Shown here: piece after piece, positions 46,325-54,249 of the stretch
Position numbering within the stretch: position 1 is the first letter of the stretch
How the letters are laid out: each line of letters opens with the position of its first letter
Virus record (IMG/VR): IMGVR_UViG_3300045988_165974
Location: 74,244 to 138,243 of that record
Origin: a virus
Reading direction: 5' to 3' (one strand)
DNA: 64,000 nt
The notes under the pieces: generated by a model
What the model was told of the DNA's origin: nothing
The model's database searches: none
What the model saw: only the letters and a program-made list of their open reading frames with translations
Position numbers and translations under genes: made by a program

Positions 46325-46501
46325 ATGAATTTGTATGAAATAGAATGGAAATATAAAAAACATAATGTTATTAACACATGTTTAATAGATGGGAAGAATG
46401 AGAAAAAGGCAGTCAATAACTTCTTGTCTTCTGCTAAATTCGAACTTCCAATAGTAATTATTAACATTAAGAAAGTAAATCTAAATAAAATATATGGATA
46501 G
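46325..46501 (+). CDS. Hypothetical 58-aa protein
   Basis: ATG 46325 follows a AAAGGAGAG RBS. Confidence 0.5.
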   Translation: MNLYEIEWKYKKHNVINTCLIDGKNEKKAVNNFLSSAKFELPIVIINIKKVNLNKIYG

Positions 46502-46709
46502 AGAAAACATGAATAATATATTAAAAGAAATATTAGATATTTTTAAAACAATGATATTAGGAGCTATTGTTTTAAGTTTAAGTATATTTTTATTGATAAT
46601 ACTTATTATAAATTGGAAAGTATATTTAGTAACTATATTAATAGGATTAGTGTGTTATCCAATAGGATATTTTACTAAGAAATTAATTAAAAAGGAGGGG
46701 AATAAATGA
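46494..46709 (+). CDS. Small membrane protein
   Basis: 71 aa with two TM helices. Confidence 0.5.
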   Translation: MDRENMNNILKEILDIFKTMILGAIVLSLSIFLLIILIINWKVYLVTILIGLVCYPIGYFTKKLIKKEGNK

Positions 46710-47143
46710 ATCTAACAATAAAACAAATGGACCTGTTTAAATCTAAAAGAAAAGTATTAGTTCATTGTATTTCACAAGATTGTGCTATGGGTGCAGGAAT
46801 TGCTAAAACATTTGATAGAAAGTTTCCAAACATGAGAAATGCCCTTTTATATGAGTTATCTGAAAACAAAATTAAATATCCAGTTTCCATTCCATATTGT
46901 GAAAAGGATATGGTTATTATAAACATGATAACTAAGCCAAGATACTTTAATAAACCTACATATTCAGAGTTTAGAAAGGCTCTAATAGAGGTTAAATATA
47001 TTTGTCTTATGAATGGTTATAAAGAAATTGGAATGCCTAAGATTGGATGTGGGTTAGATAAACTGTCATGGAAGAAAGTTGAAAAAATGATAAGAGAGAT
47101 ATTTGACGATACAGATATTGATATATTGGTATGTTGGAAGTAG
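46706..47143 (+). CDS. Macro domain protein of the TARG1/OARD1 type (ADP-ribosyl hydrolase)
   Basis: ...VLVHCISQDCAMGAGIAKTF... and ...IGMPKIGCGLDKLSWKKVEKMI... parallel the HCISEDCRMGAGIA / PRIGCGLDRLQW motifs of TARG1. Confidence 0.75.
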   Translation: MNLTIKQMDLFKSKRKVLVHCISQDCAMGAGIAKTFDRKFPNMRNALLYELSENKIKYPVSIPYCEKDMVIINMITKPRYFNKPTYSEFRKALIEVKYICLMNGYKEIGMPKIGCGLDKLSWKKVEKMIREIFDDTDIDILVCWK

Positions 47144-47151
47144 GTGAAATT

Positions 47152-47310
47152 ATGCCAACAATAATAATTGAAGTTGTAACAATAAAAAATACTTTAGAAC
47201 AACACATTTTTATAAACGAAAGTGAAAAGTGTAAAGAATTTATAAAGAACAAAAGTATTGAAGAATATATTTATTCTATAGTAGAAGTCCCTGGTGAAAT
47301 TTATAATTAA
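47152..47310 (+). CDS. Hypothetical 52-aa protein (not in the ORF track)
   Basis: The ATG follows a GTAGGTGAAAT RBS. Last + strand ORF before the strand switch. Confidence 0.4.
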   Translation: MPTIIIEVVTIKNTLEQHIFINESEKCKEFIKNKSIEEYIYSIVEVPGEIYN

Positions 47311-47344
47311 AGTATTGACATATTTTTATAATTATGATATTCTA

Positions 47345-47478
47345 TATGCATAGAAATATTTTTGCTTTGAGTGAATGTTCTCAAAAATATTACTTATTAT
47401 AGAACACTCTTACTGGCATTTGAGTGTTCCTTTCGCAATAAGAAAAAAATTAGGGACGGGAGTTACCCCGTCCCTTTT
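47345..47478 (+). ncRNA. Candidate small RNA (promoter-like box, hairpins, terminator, no ORF)
   Basis: TTGACA at 47315-47320 has a weak -10. The 8-bp hairpin GAACACTC (47402-47409) / GAGTGTTC (47422-47429) has a competing partner GAGTG..TTCT (47369-47381). It ends at the strong terminator. Confidence 0.3.
47453..47478. terminator. Bidirectional intrinsic terminator at the convergence of the early (+) and late (-) blocks
   Basis: GGGACGGG (47453-47460) pairs with CCCGTCCC (47467-47474). TTTT follows on the + strand and a T7 run follows on the - strand. Confidence 0.75.
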
Positions 47479-47505
47479 GCTTTAGTTTTTTATAATATAA
47501 AACAA

Positions 47506-48321
47506 TTATCTTTCAAATACTTCTATATATTTACTTGATGCAGTTACATAAATTCCTGATTTAGTAAGATACATATCAGTTCCAGTTCTTTCTATTTTCT
47601 TTACTATAGTTAATACTGTTCCAACTTCAAGTTTTCCACATACAGAATCTTCATTGAAGTTCGGAGCATTATGCATATTTATTTCCTTAATTACTCTTAA
47701 GTATTTAGTTTTAGTAGTTGTAGTATTTGGAACTTGAGTTACTTTACCTTTCCCATTTGTACAATTTACTATATCGTTGACTTTTATTTTTCCTTTTGTT
47801 AAATTATAACAGTCTAATTTAAACTGTTCGTATTTTTTAGGATTTAAAACCATATATATTGGACATAACTTATAAGCTCTACCAACAACATCTGTATGTC
47901 TTATTATATCCTTTTTACAATTTAGTCCTTTTCTATCACATAGCCATGCACATAATTGAACCATACTTCTATAAGTTGCATCTGTATAATGATTATCTTT
48001 ACCTGTTGTCGCAACTTCAATTCCAACCGCATATGAATTAGCACTATTTGTAGCATAACACATTTCATTAATTGGTATTAGTTGATATATTGCCCCATCA
48101 AGGTCTATTACATAATGAGCAGATGCATAAATATATTTACCATTTACTTTAGTTCCATTTGCAACGACATTGTTAAAGTAAGATACTGTTGCACTTCCTT
48201 TTACATCTGCTTGACCTGTGTAATGAATGGCAACCTTTGTATAATTTAATGATGTTCCAGGTCTGCCATATTTATTTTTCTTTTGCCATTTTTCAATAAC
48301 TTTTGGTTTTTTAACTGACAT
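47506..48321 (-). CDS. Endolysin: N-acetylmuramoyl-L-alanine amidase (Amidase_2/PGRP) plus an SH3-like C-terminal domain
   Basis: ...VAIHYTGQADV...ASAHYVIDLDGAIYQLIP...NSYAVGIEVA...IIRHTDV... Confidence 0.85.
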   Translation of the reverse strand: MSVKKPKVIEKWQKKNKYGRPGTSLNYTKVAIHYTGQADVKGSATVSYFNNVVANGTKVNGKYIYASAHYVIDLDGAIYQLIPINEMCYATNSANSYAVGIEVATTGKDNHYTDATYRSMVQLCAWLCDRKGLNCKKDIIRHTDVVGRAYKLCPIYMVLNPKKYEQFKLDCYNLTKGKIKVNDIVNCTNGKGKVTQVPNTTTTKTKYLRVIKEINMHNAPNFNEDSVCGKLEVGTVLTIVKKIERTGTDMYLTKSGIYVTASSKYIEVFER

Positions 48322-48381
48322 TTAACATCACCTTTCTTTAATTATTTTTATGTAAATTTGTCAACTTATTTTGTTTGATTG

Positions 48382-48789
48382 TTATTTATCTTTATTTTCA
48401 GTTGAATCTCTTAGTTGTTCTAAAACATCTTTTAATGTATCAGGAATAGGAATGAATTCGCTTGCATTCTCTAATAAGCTTATAGATTCATTTGCAATAA
48501 AAAACATTATAACCATTTCTCTTATAGCAATATTACTTGCAGTTACTTTTTGTATTTCGTATGCAACAGCTATCACTATAAATATGAATACTTTTCTAAT
48601 TATTCCCTTATATCCAATTTTGCTAGATAATTTTTTATTATATATAGCTTTTAAAACACCTGCTATATAGTCTAAGACAACTAGAGTTAGCATTGTGCTT
48701 AATAACATATCCCAACCTCCTAAGTGCTGTCCTATGAATCCACCTAATATGGCTGCAAAAATACTTATAGTATTAAAATATTTTTCCAT
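48382..48789 (-). CDS. Holin (phage_holin_4_1 / TcdE-like)
   Basis: ...LTLVVLDYIAGVLKAIYNKKLSSKIGYKGIIRKV... with 3 TM helices, directly upstream of the endolysin. Confidence 0.8.
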   Translation of the reverse strand: MEKYFNTISIFAAILGGFIGQHLGGWDMLLSTMLTLVVLDYIAGVLKAIYNKKLSSKIGYKGIIRKVFIFIVIAVAYEIQKVTASNIAIREMVIMFFIANESISLLENASEFIPIPDTLKDVLEQLRDSTENKDK

Positions 48790-48892
48790 AAAAATCTTCC
48801 TTTCTAATTTTATTACAATAAATTACTGTTTCTTTTTCAAATATCCACCTCCTGTATTATAAAATATCTATATTAAAATCCTAAAATAGGCA

Positions 48893-48918
48893 ATAAAAAA
48901 GCCACCATAAAAGGTGGC
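48893..48918 (-). terminator. Intrinsic terminator (- strand)
   Basis: GCCACC (48901-48906) pairs with GGTGGC (48913-48918). A T6 run follows on the - strand. Confidence 0.6.
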
Positions 48919-49334
48919 AAGCTCCATAAGTATATCTTTCTTTTTTTTGGCAAGTAGGAGCAATATATGTAATAATACCATAATTACCCATGTATTTCAA
49001 TAAAAAAATGCATAAAGCAATTTAGCATTTGGAATTATTTACATATATAAACAAACCCAGATTAATTTCTAGGCTCATTTCTGTATCCTGTATGGTAAAA
49101 GTGTATATTCATATTATATTTGCCTAGATAGATTTTATACTTTAAATCATATGTTAAAATTTTGTAAAATTGGAATATTTTCAAAGACAAAAATCATATG
49201 CTATGATATGTGTAACGATTATATAGGGAGCGATAGCGACCGAGAGTAATCGTGAAACGGTCATATCAAGTTTATAGCAATTTAGGATATCTATGTCTTT
49301 TAAAATCTTTACATAAAATTATATATTTTTCCAG

Positions 49335-49357
49335 AAAAATAAGGAGGTTTCCCTCCT
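49335..49357 (-). terminator. Hairpin immediately 3' of the ATPase gene (- strand)
   Basis: AGGAGG / CCTCCT stem at 49342-49357, T-rich after it on the - strand. Confidence 0.5.
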
Positions 49358-49360
49358 TTT

Positions 49361-51616
49361 TTATTTTGGCAATTTAATTACAAATGCAGAATAAACACTT
49401 TCTTCACTCCTAATTAAACAGAGTGCATGAAATCTTTTCAAATTGACAAAGTCAGATTCTGTATAGCCTTCCTTAATAAATAAGTCCTTGAGTTCATAAA
49501 AATTCCTTATATCGCCTCCTGCAAGGAGAAAGAAATTCAATCCACTGCTTAATATCGCTTCTTTACATTTTTTATTACATTGATTAAGAAAGTGTAGACT
49601 TATAGTAGGAATAAAAGAATATTTTCTACATTCTGTTAAAATATCTTGAAATATAAGTTGAGCAGTTGGAAATAGATTTATTTCATCAATAAATATTTGA
49701 GTTCTAGTCTTTGCATTGAGTTGTTTAGCTAACCACACCTTACTAAGATAAAATGTAGCAATTAAATCTCTTATATTTCTATTAGTGAAATCCTCTTCTC
49801 TGGCTTTTATTAATATAACTTTATTTTCATTAAGAGCTTTAACAAAATTAATATTATCAACTCCTGATTTATTATAAGCAAGTTTTGTATATAAATTAGT
49901 TTTTAATATGCTAATTCTGTCTATAATTCCATCAATTTTTGTGTCATAATTTTCTATATCCCCATTTTTATTTTCTTTATCTAATTCCTTTAAGTCATTT
50001 ATTTCATCATCTAACAAGACCTTCTCATTGCCACTTAGAAGCTCTATTAAATCTCTTCTAGTCTTAGGATTCGTTAAAATTTTTATAACCTCTTTAAAAC
50101 TTGAATTTGAGTTCTTGTAAAAAGAAATTGTACAAGCAGCATTAAAATATCTTAACATTCTTGGAGTTAATTTTGTTTCTGCATTTATCGTATTTAGGAG
50201 CATATAAAGTTGTGATGATTTTTCCATACATTTCGCTAATTTTCTGTATTTATCTGGACTACTACAGATAAGTTCATTAAAACAGAATCCCTGTAATTGA
50301 TTTACATTACTACAATCTATCTCAATGAGCTTATCTTTAGGTGTTATTTTTTTAATACTTTCTGCTAATTCACAACTTTTTATTATATCTAATACTACTA
50401 ATCCGTCTCCTTTTTTAATAATTGATTCGGCTAGTTTAGTCATAAAATGAGTTTTCCCTGAACCCATTCCTCCTATTAAAGCCTTTCCAAGTCTACTAAA
50501 ATTTTTATCAGTAGAATCATAAACAGATTCATTCTTTAAAGAAGTTCCTAAAAATATGTCTCCCTTTTTTAAAGAGTTTGGAATGGATTTATCATATATA
50601 TTATTATGTTCAATGCTTTTATATTGTTTGATAATAGAATCGCCAGGTAGAGCTACAAAATTAGCATCTTCATATATAGAAGTATTAAGAACTTTTACAT
50701 ATGGTAATACTGGTTTAGTGATGTCTATTTCTTTTTTTAATTTTTTATATATAAACTCATTGTCATCAATTATTTCTCCATATGTCCCTACTAGACTCTC
50801 TGTAATCGTTTTAGAACGACTTTGAGAACCTCCCTTTGTAGTTATTAGTATTTGGGTTTTACAAATGTCTGAGGTACTTTTTTTAATGGTGTTATTACTT
50901 AATTTATCAAAGACAACTTTTCTTTCAGTTTGTTTTATATCAAATATAAAATCTAATGTAGAGTTTATAAAATCAATACTATAATCTAATATTTTTATTA
51001 CTATATTAAGGAGTTTATTAGATGTATATTTTACAGAACTTTCTTTATATTCTTTTATGAATTTTTGACAAGAAGCTTTAAAATAGTTTAGCTGCTTTTC
51101 AGAGGTAGGAATAAAATTATATAGAAGGCTAACTTCTTCATCATTTTGTAAAAGTTCTATAATTGTCATATTTGCATTAAGAAGCTCATTGTTTCTCATA
51201 TCTGCATTAGTAGAGAAAAAATCTTTTTTCTTGTACATAAGTTGATATTGAATTCCATTTTCTATTAGTGGAATATTATCAAGTTCTTCTATTTCTACCG
51301 ACTTCCAAACCTCTTTGAATTTAACTTTAAATTTAGAATAAAAGATTTTTGGAACAATGAAATAAAAATTAATTTTTTCTTTAGTAATATAGACATAATA
51401 AGATGCTTTTAATTGAGTTCCTATTACTAATTTCCTATCTTCTATGTGGATTAATTTATTAAGATTTATAAACATTTTATTGACTAATCTTAAAATTTCA
51501 TGAGTTTTATTGTTTTTTATGGATTTTGTAGGAATGAGCTTAAGATAAATATATTCTTGATTTTTAATTTCTATATACTTTGAAATTGGAATACTATGCA
51601 TTTGTAATAACTCCAA
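49361..51616 (-). CDS. FtsK/HerA/VirB4-superfamily P-loop ATPase (VirB4/TraE-like architecture)
   Basis: Walker A ...LIGGMGSGKTHF..., then ...LVVLDIIKSCE..., Walker B ...QIFIDEINLF... followed by ...ECRKYSFIPTISLHFLNQ. About 370 aa of non-ATPase N-terminal domain precede these. Confidence 0.6.
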   Translation of the reverse strand: MELLQMHSIPISKYIEIKNQEYIYLKLIPTKSIKNNKTHEILRLVNKMFINLNKLIHIEDRKLVIGTQLKASYYVYITKEKINFYFIVPKIFYSKFKVKFKEVWKSVEIEELDNIPLIENGIQYQLMYKKKDFFSTNADMRNNELLNANMTIIELLQNDEEVSLLYNFIPTSEKQLNYFKASCQKFIKEYKESSVKYTSNKLLNIVIKILDYSIDFINSTLDFIFDIKQTERKVVFDKLSNNTIKKSTSDICKTQILITTKGGSQSRSKTITESLVGTYGEIIDDNEFIYKKLKKEIDITKPVLPYVKVLNTSIYEDANFVALPGDSIIKQYKSIEHNNIYDKSIPNSLKKGDIFLGTSLKNESVYDSTDKNFSRLGKALIGGMGSGKTHFMTKLAESIIKKGDGLVVLDIIKSCELAESIKKITPKDKLIEIDCSNVNQLQGFCFNELICSSPDKYRKLAKCMEKSSQLYMLLNTINAETKLTPRMLRYFNAACTISFYKNSNSSFKEVIKILTNPKTRRDLIELLSGNEKVLLDDEINDLKELDKENKNGDIENYDTKIDGIIDRISILKTNLYTKLAYNKSGVDNINFVKALNENKVILIKAREEDFTNRNIRDLIATFYLSKVWLAKQLNAKTRTQIFIDEINLFPTAQLIFQDILTECRKYSFIPTISLHFLNQCNKKCKEAILSSGLNFFLLAGGDIRNFYELKDLFIKEGYTESDFVNLKRFHALCLIRSEESVYSAFVIKLPK

Positions 51617-51845
51617 TTATTATATTGAGAATTAGGTATATACAAGGTATCATAAATGCCCATCTTTTACCTTTTTCATGTCCAAATACATACATCAATA
51701 GGGCAATGAATCCTGCGACAAGACAAACATTAAAAGAAAATTTTTCAATAGTAACTAAAAGCTCATATCCAGTTTCTCTTAAAGATTCTATCGGATGTAA
51801 AATAATATCTAATTTATCCATTAATTGTATAAATTTTTCTTCCAT
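51594..51845 (-). CDS. Small membrane protein (VirB3/PrgI-like by position only)
   Basis: 83 aa with two C-terminal TM helices. It overlaps the ATPase start by 23 nt. Confidence 0.55.
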   Translation of the reverse strand: MEEKFIQLMDKLDIILHPIESLRETGYELLVTIEKFSFNVCLVAGFIALLMYVFGHEKGKRWAFMIPCIYLILNIIIGVITNA

Positions 51846-51857
51846 AATTTTACCCTC

Positions 51858-52232
51858 CTATAATTTAATCATTGAAAATAATTTTGGATAAAATGTTAAA
51901 AGTATATATATTAAAAAATATTGGATTCCAGAAGTTGTGGCTTGACGGAAATCTGCTCCTTGTAGTGCATTTTCTATTATGCTTTTTATTCCCATACACA
52001 TACATCCGTATTGAGCAAATATCATTAATAAATCTAATATTTGATTTGCTACATTTGATATTTCTACTTCTGTAGTTGCTCCATATGAGATTAAGCCTTT
52101 GTGCATAAATATAGCTATTAATATAATAAGTCTTTTGTATTCTACTTTACTTAGGCTATTAAGAAACTTTTCAACAATAGTATGTTCACTTTCCATCATT
52201 TGTTTATATTCTGAAAAAGTATAAGATTTCAT
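51858..52232 (-). CDS. Polytopic membrane protein (TrbC/VirB2-like pattern, weak)
   Basis: 124 aa with three hydrophobic segments. Confidence 0.55.
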   Translation of the reverse strand: MKSYTFSEYKQMMESEHTIVEKFLNSLSKVEYKRLIILIAIFMHKGLISYGATTEVEISNVANQILDLLMIFAQYGCMCMGIKSIIENALQGADFRQATTSGIQYFLIYILLTFYPKLFSMIKL

Positions 52233-52313
52233 GAATAATATTCCCCCTTTATGGTTATTTTAAAAATAAAACGAGGTGATAAAACAATGGGTGAAGCTTT
52301 ATTTTGGTTTGGA

Positions 52314-52502
52314 CTATCTTTTGCTTTCAACTGCTTGCGTAGTTTGATTTAGCTCTGAATACATTTTCTCTCTTAAAACATATTTGATATAGGCACTCTT
52401 ATTCCCGTATGCAGAAAATTTTTCTTCTAACCAGGAATATAAAAGAGTGTCTTCCATATTGTTCTTGAAACTTACTTCAAGTGATTTCTTATTTTTTCTC
52501 AT
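52314..52502 (-). CDS. Ribbon-helix-helix (CopG/Arc-like) protein
   Basis: 62 aa. ...KSLEVSFKNNMEDTLLYSWLEEK...NKSAYIKYVLREKM fits a beta-alpha-alpha pattern. A GGGAGGAAAA RBS precedes the start. Confidence 0.5.
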   Translation of the reverse strand: MRKNKKSLEVSFKNNMEDTLLYSWLEEKFSAYGNKSAYIKYVLREKMYSELNQTTQAVESKR

Positions 52503-52562
52503 GAATTTTCCTCCCTTTTACTGTCTTTTAATAGATTATATGTAAAAGTACTGAAAATATTC

Positions 52563-52592
52563 CAAAAAAAATTCCCCTAAATTTTCTAGGGG
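52563..52592 (-). terminator. Intrinsic terminator after the recombinase gene; palindrome CCCCTAAATTTTCTAGGGG
   Basis: 19-nt palindrome at 52574-52592. A T8 run follows on the - strand. Near-identical to 53972-53990. Confidence 0.7.
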
Positions 52593-52657
52593 AAAAGTCT
52601 AAAAAGACTAACATACAAATAGAACAACTACTAATATATTCCCCAATTTTATTATGA

Positions 52658-53641
52658 TTATACAATTGAACATTTTCCATATTGATAATTTACTTTATCC
52701 ATAGACGTTTTAGCATATATTTGAGTTGTAGTAATATTCTCATGACCTAAAAGAAATTGCACAGTTTCAATATCTGCTCCTGCATTAAATAAAGAAGTTG
52801 CAAAAGTATGTCTTAACTTATGAGGAAATATAATTGGAAGAGTATTTTTTCTTTTAGATATATTTGCTAATATCTTTTGAATTGCTCTTACTCTAAGTCT
52901 TTTATAAGGTTTTCTTTCAGATGTAAATAGAGCTTCATTTTTGCCTTTTCTATTATCTAAATATTGTTTTAAGTATAGTTTACATTTATCATTGAATAAT
53001 ATCATTCTTTCTTTATTTCCTTTACCAATAGTTTTTAATCTGTTTAAAGAAAAGTCTAATTCAAAGATATTTGTTTTTTGAATTTCAGAAACTCTCATTC
53101 CTGTTGCTAACATAAATTCAACTAAAGCTCTTTCTCTATCTGTTTTGCAGCACATTCTTAGATTTTCCATTTCTTCTACAGATAAAGGTTCTCTAATTCT
53201 TTGAGGTTCTTTAAGTTTTCTTAATTTCTTTGTTGGGTTTTTCTCTATGTATTCTTCCTCAACTAACCAACTAAAGAAGGATTTAATAACTGAAATTAAT
53301 CCATTTACAGTTGATATTTTTACAGATTTCTTTTTAAAGTTTAAATAAGCTTTTAAATCAACTATTGTAATTTGAGGAATCTCTTTGTTTACATAATCTA
53401 AGAAATATTTTAAAGTATATATTCTGTTTTTAATAGTTCCACTTGCATAGTCTAAAGTTTCCATGTCTTGTTTATATTCCTCTAAAATTTCTTCTGTATT
53501 GTTTTCTTTTTTGTTTATTAACTCAACATCATAGTTTCTTACTACATCATATAATATTTTTTCTAAATCATTTTTTTCTATACTATTATCAACAATTTTA
53601 TTCATTATTTGTTTTATTATTTTTTCATTATCTTTATTCAT
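52658..53641 (-). CDS. Tyrosine recombinase / integrase (XerC/D-like, full length)
   Basis: ...[19 protein letters not shown]..., ...[13 protein letters not shown]..., ...[16 protein letters not shown]... An N-terminal SAM-like core-binding domain is present. Confidence 0.85.
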   Translation of the reverse strand: MNKDNEKIIKQIMNKIVDNSIEKNDLEKILYDVVRNYDVELINKKENNTEEILEEYKQDMETLDYASGTIKNRIYTLKYFLDYVNKEIPQITIVDLKAYLNFKKKSVKISTVNGLISVIKSFFSWLVEEEYIEKNPTKKLRKLKEPQRIREPLSVEEMENLRMCCKTDRERALVEFMLATGMRVSEIQKTNIFELDFSLNRLKTIGKGNKERMILFNDKCKLYLKQYLDNRKGKNEALFTSERKPYKRLRVRAIQKILANISKRKNTLPIIFPHKLRHTFATSLFNAGADIETVQFLLGHENITTTQIYAKTSMDKVNYQYGKCSIV

Positions 53642-53777
53642 TTTTTATTCCTCCTTTATTTAAATTATATTTACATAATATAACATTTTAGTTATATTTT
53701 CAACAAAAAAAATATATTTTTAATTAAATATTTATATTTTTATTATTTTGATGTATAATATAATAAGGAGGTGAATT

Positions 53778-53978
53778 ATGGATATTTCAACACAAATAAG
53801 AAAAATAATGCTAGATGAAAAAATAAATATTGTAGAATTAGCTAAGAGACTAAATACATCACAACCAAATGTTTCTGCAAAGCTTAAACGAAACAATTTC
53901 AACATTAAAGATTTAGAAAGATTTTGCAATGCTTTAGGTTATAAAGTTGAAATCATATTTAAAAAAGAAAACCCCTAG
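53778..53978 (+). CDS. XRE-family HTH regulator
   Basis: ...INIVELAKRLNTSQPNVSAKLKRNN... It is divergent from the recombinase. An extended -10 (TGTATAAT) and an AAGGAGGTG RBS lie upstream. Confidence 0.75.
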   Translation: MDISTQIRKIMLDEKINIVELAKRLNTSQPNVSAKLKRNNFNIKDLERFCNALGYKVEIIFKKENP

Positions 53979-53996
53979 AATTTCTAGGGGTTTTAT
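53972..53996. terminator. Palindromic hairpin/terminator CCCCTAGAATTTCTAGGGG overlapping the XRE stop
   Basis: 19-nt palindrome at 53972-53990, followed by TTTT. Confidence 0.65.
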
Positions 53997-54007
53997 ATTT
54001 CATAAAT

Positions 54008-54167
54008 TTAGATTTTATTTATGTTCACAATATTTTTAAATTGTGAATCAATTTCTTTAAACTTAGTTGTATTTGATTTTCCATTTTCATCTATAACCAA
54101 ATTTGGTGATGTGTAATGATAGTCAAAACCATAGTTCCCTTTTCTTGTTTTTATTTTTTTTGCCCAT
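54008..54167 (-). pseudogene. Truncated, frameshifted duplicate of the 5' end of the CotH fibre gene
   Basis: The RBS and ATG (54167) are followed by a T8/A8 run (54154-54161) that shifts the frame. In the shifted frame it reads ...KKIKTRKGNYGFDYHYTSPNLVIDENGKSNTTKFKEIDSQFKNIVNINKI*. The CotH gene reads MGKKMKTRKGKDGYDYPYTSPNLVIDENGKSNTTKFTEIDSQFKDIAKK. Confidence 0.75.
54019..54052. repeat. Fibre box a: TTCACAAT-ATTTTTAA-ATTGTGAA (complete inverted repeat)
   Basis: Arms at 54024-54031 and 54040-54047, spacer at 54032-54039. Confidence 0.8.
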
Positions 54168-54249
54168 TATTTGAACCTCCTTTAAATCATACTATTATCC
54201 CCTTATAATTATCTACATTAACTATAAATGATTATAAAGGAATAATCAA

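Noticed and set aside
49361-51616. Terminase large subunit or packaging ATPase
   Set aside because: The Walker A lies in the middle of the protein and no terminase nuclease motif is present. It is co-transcribed with small membrane proteins behind its own promoter, between the fibre and lysis genes.
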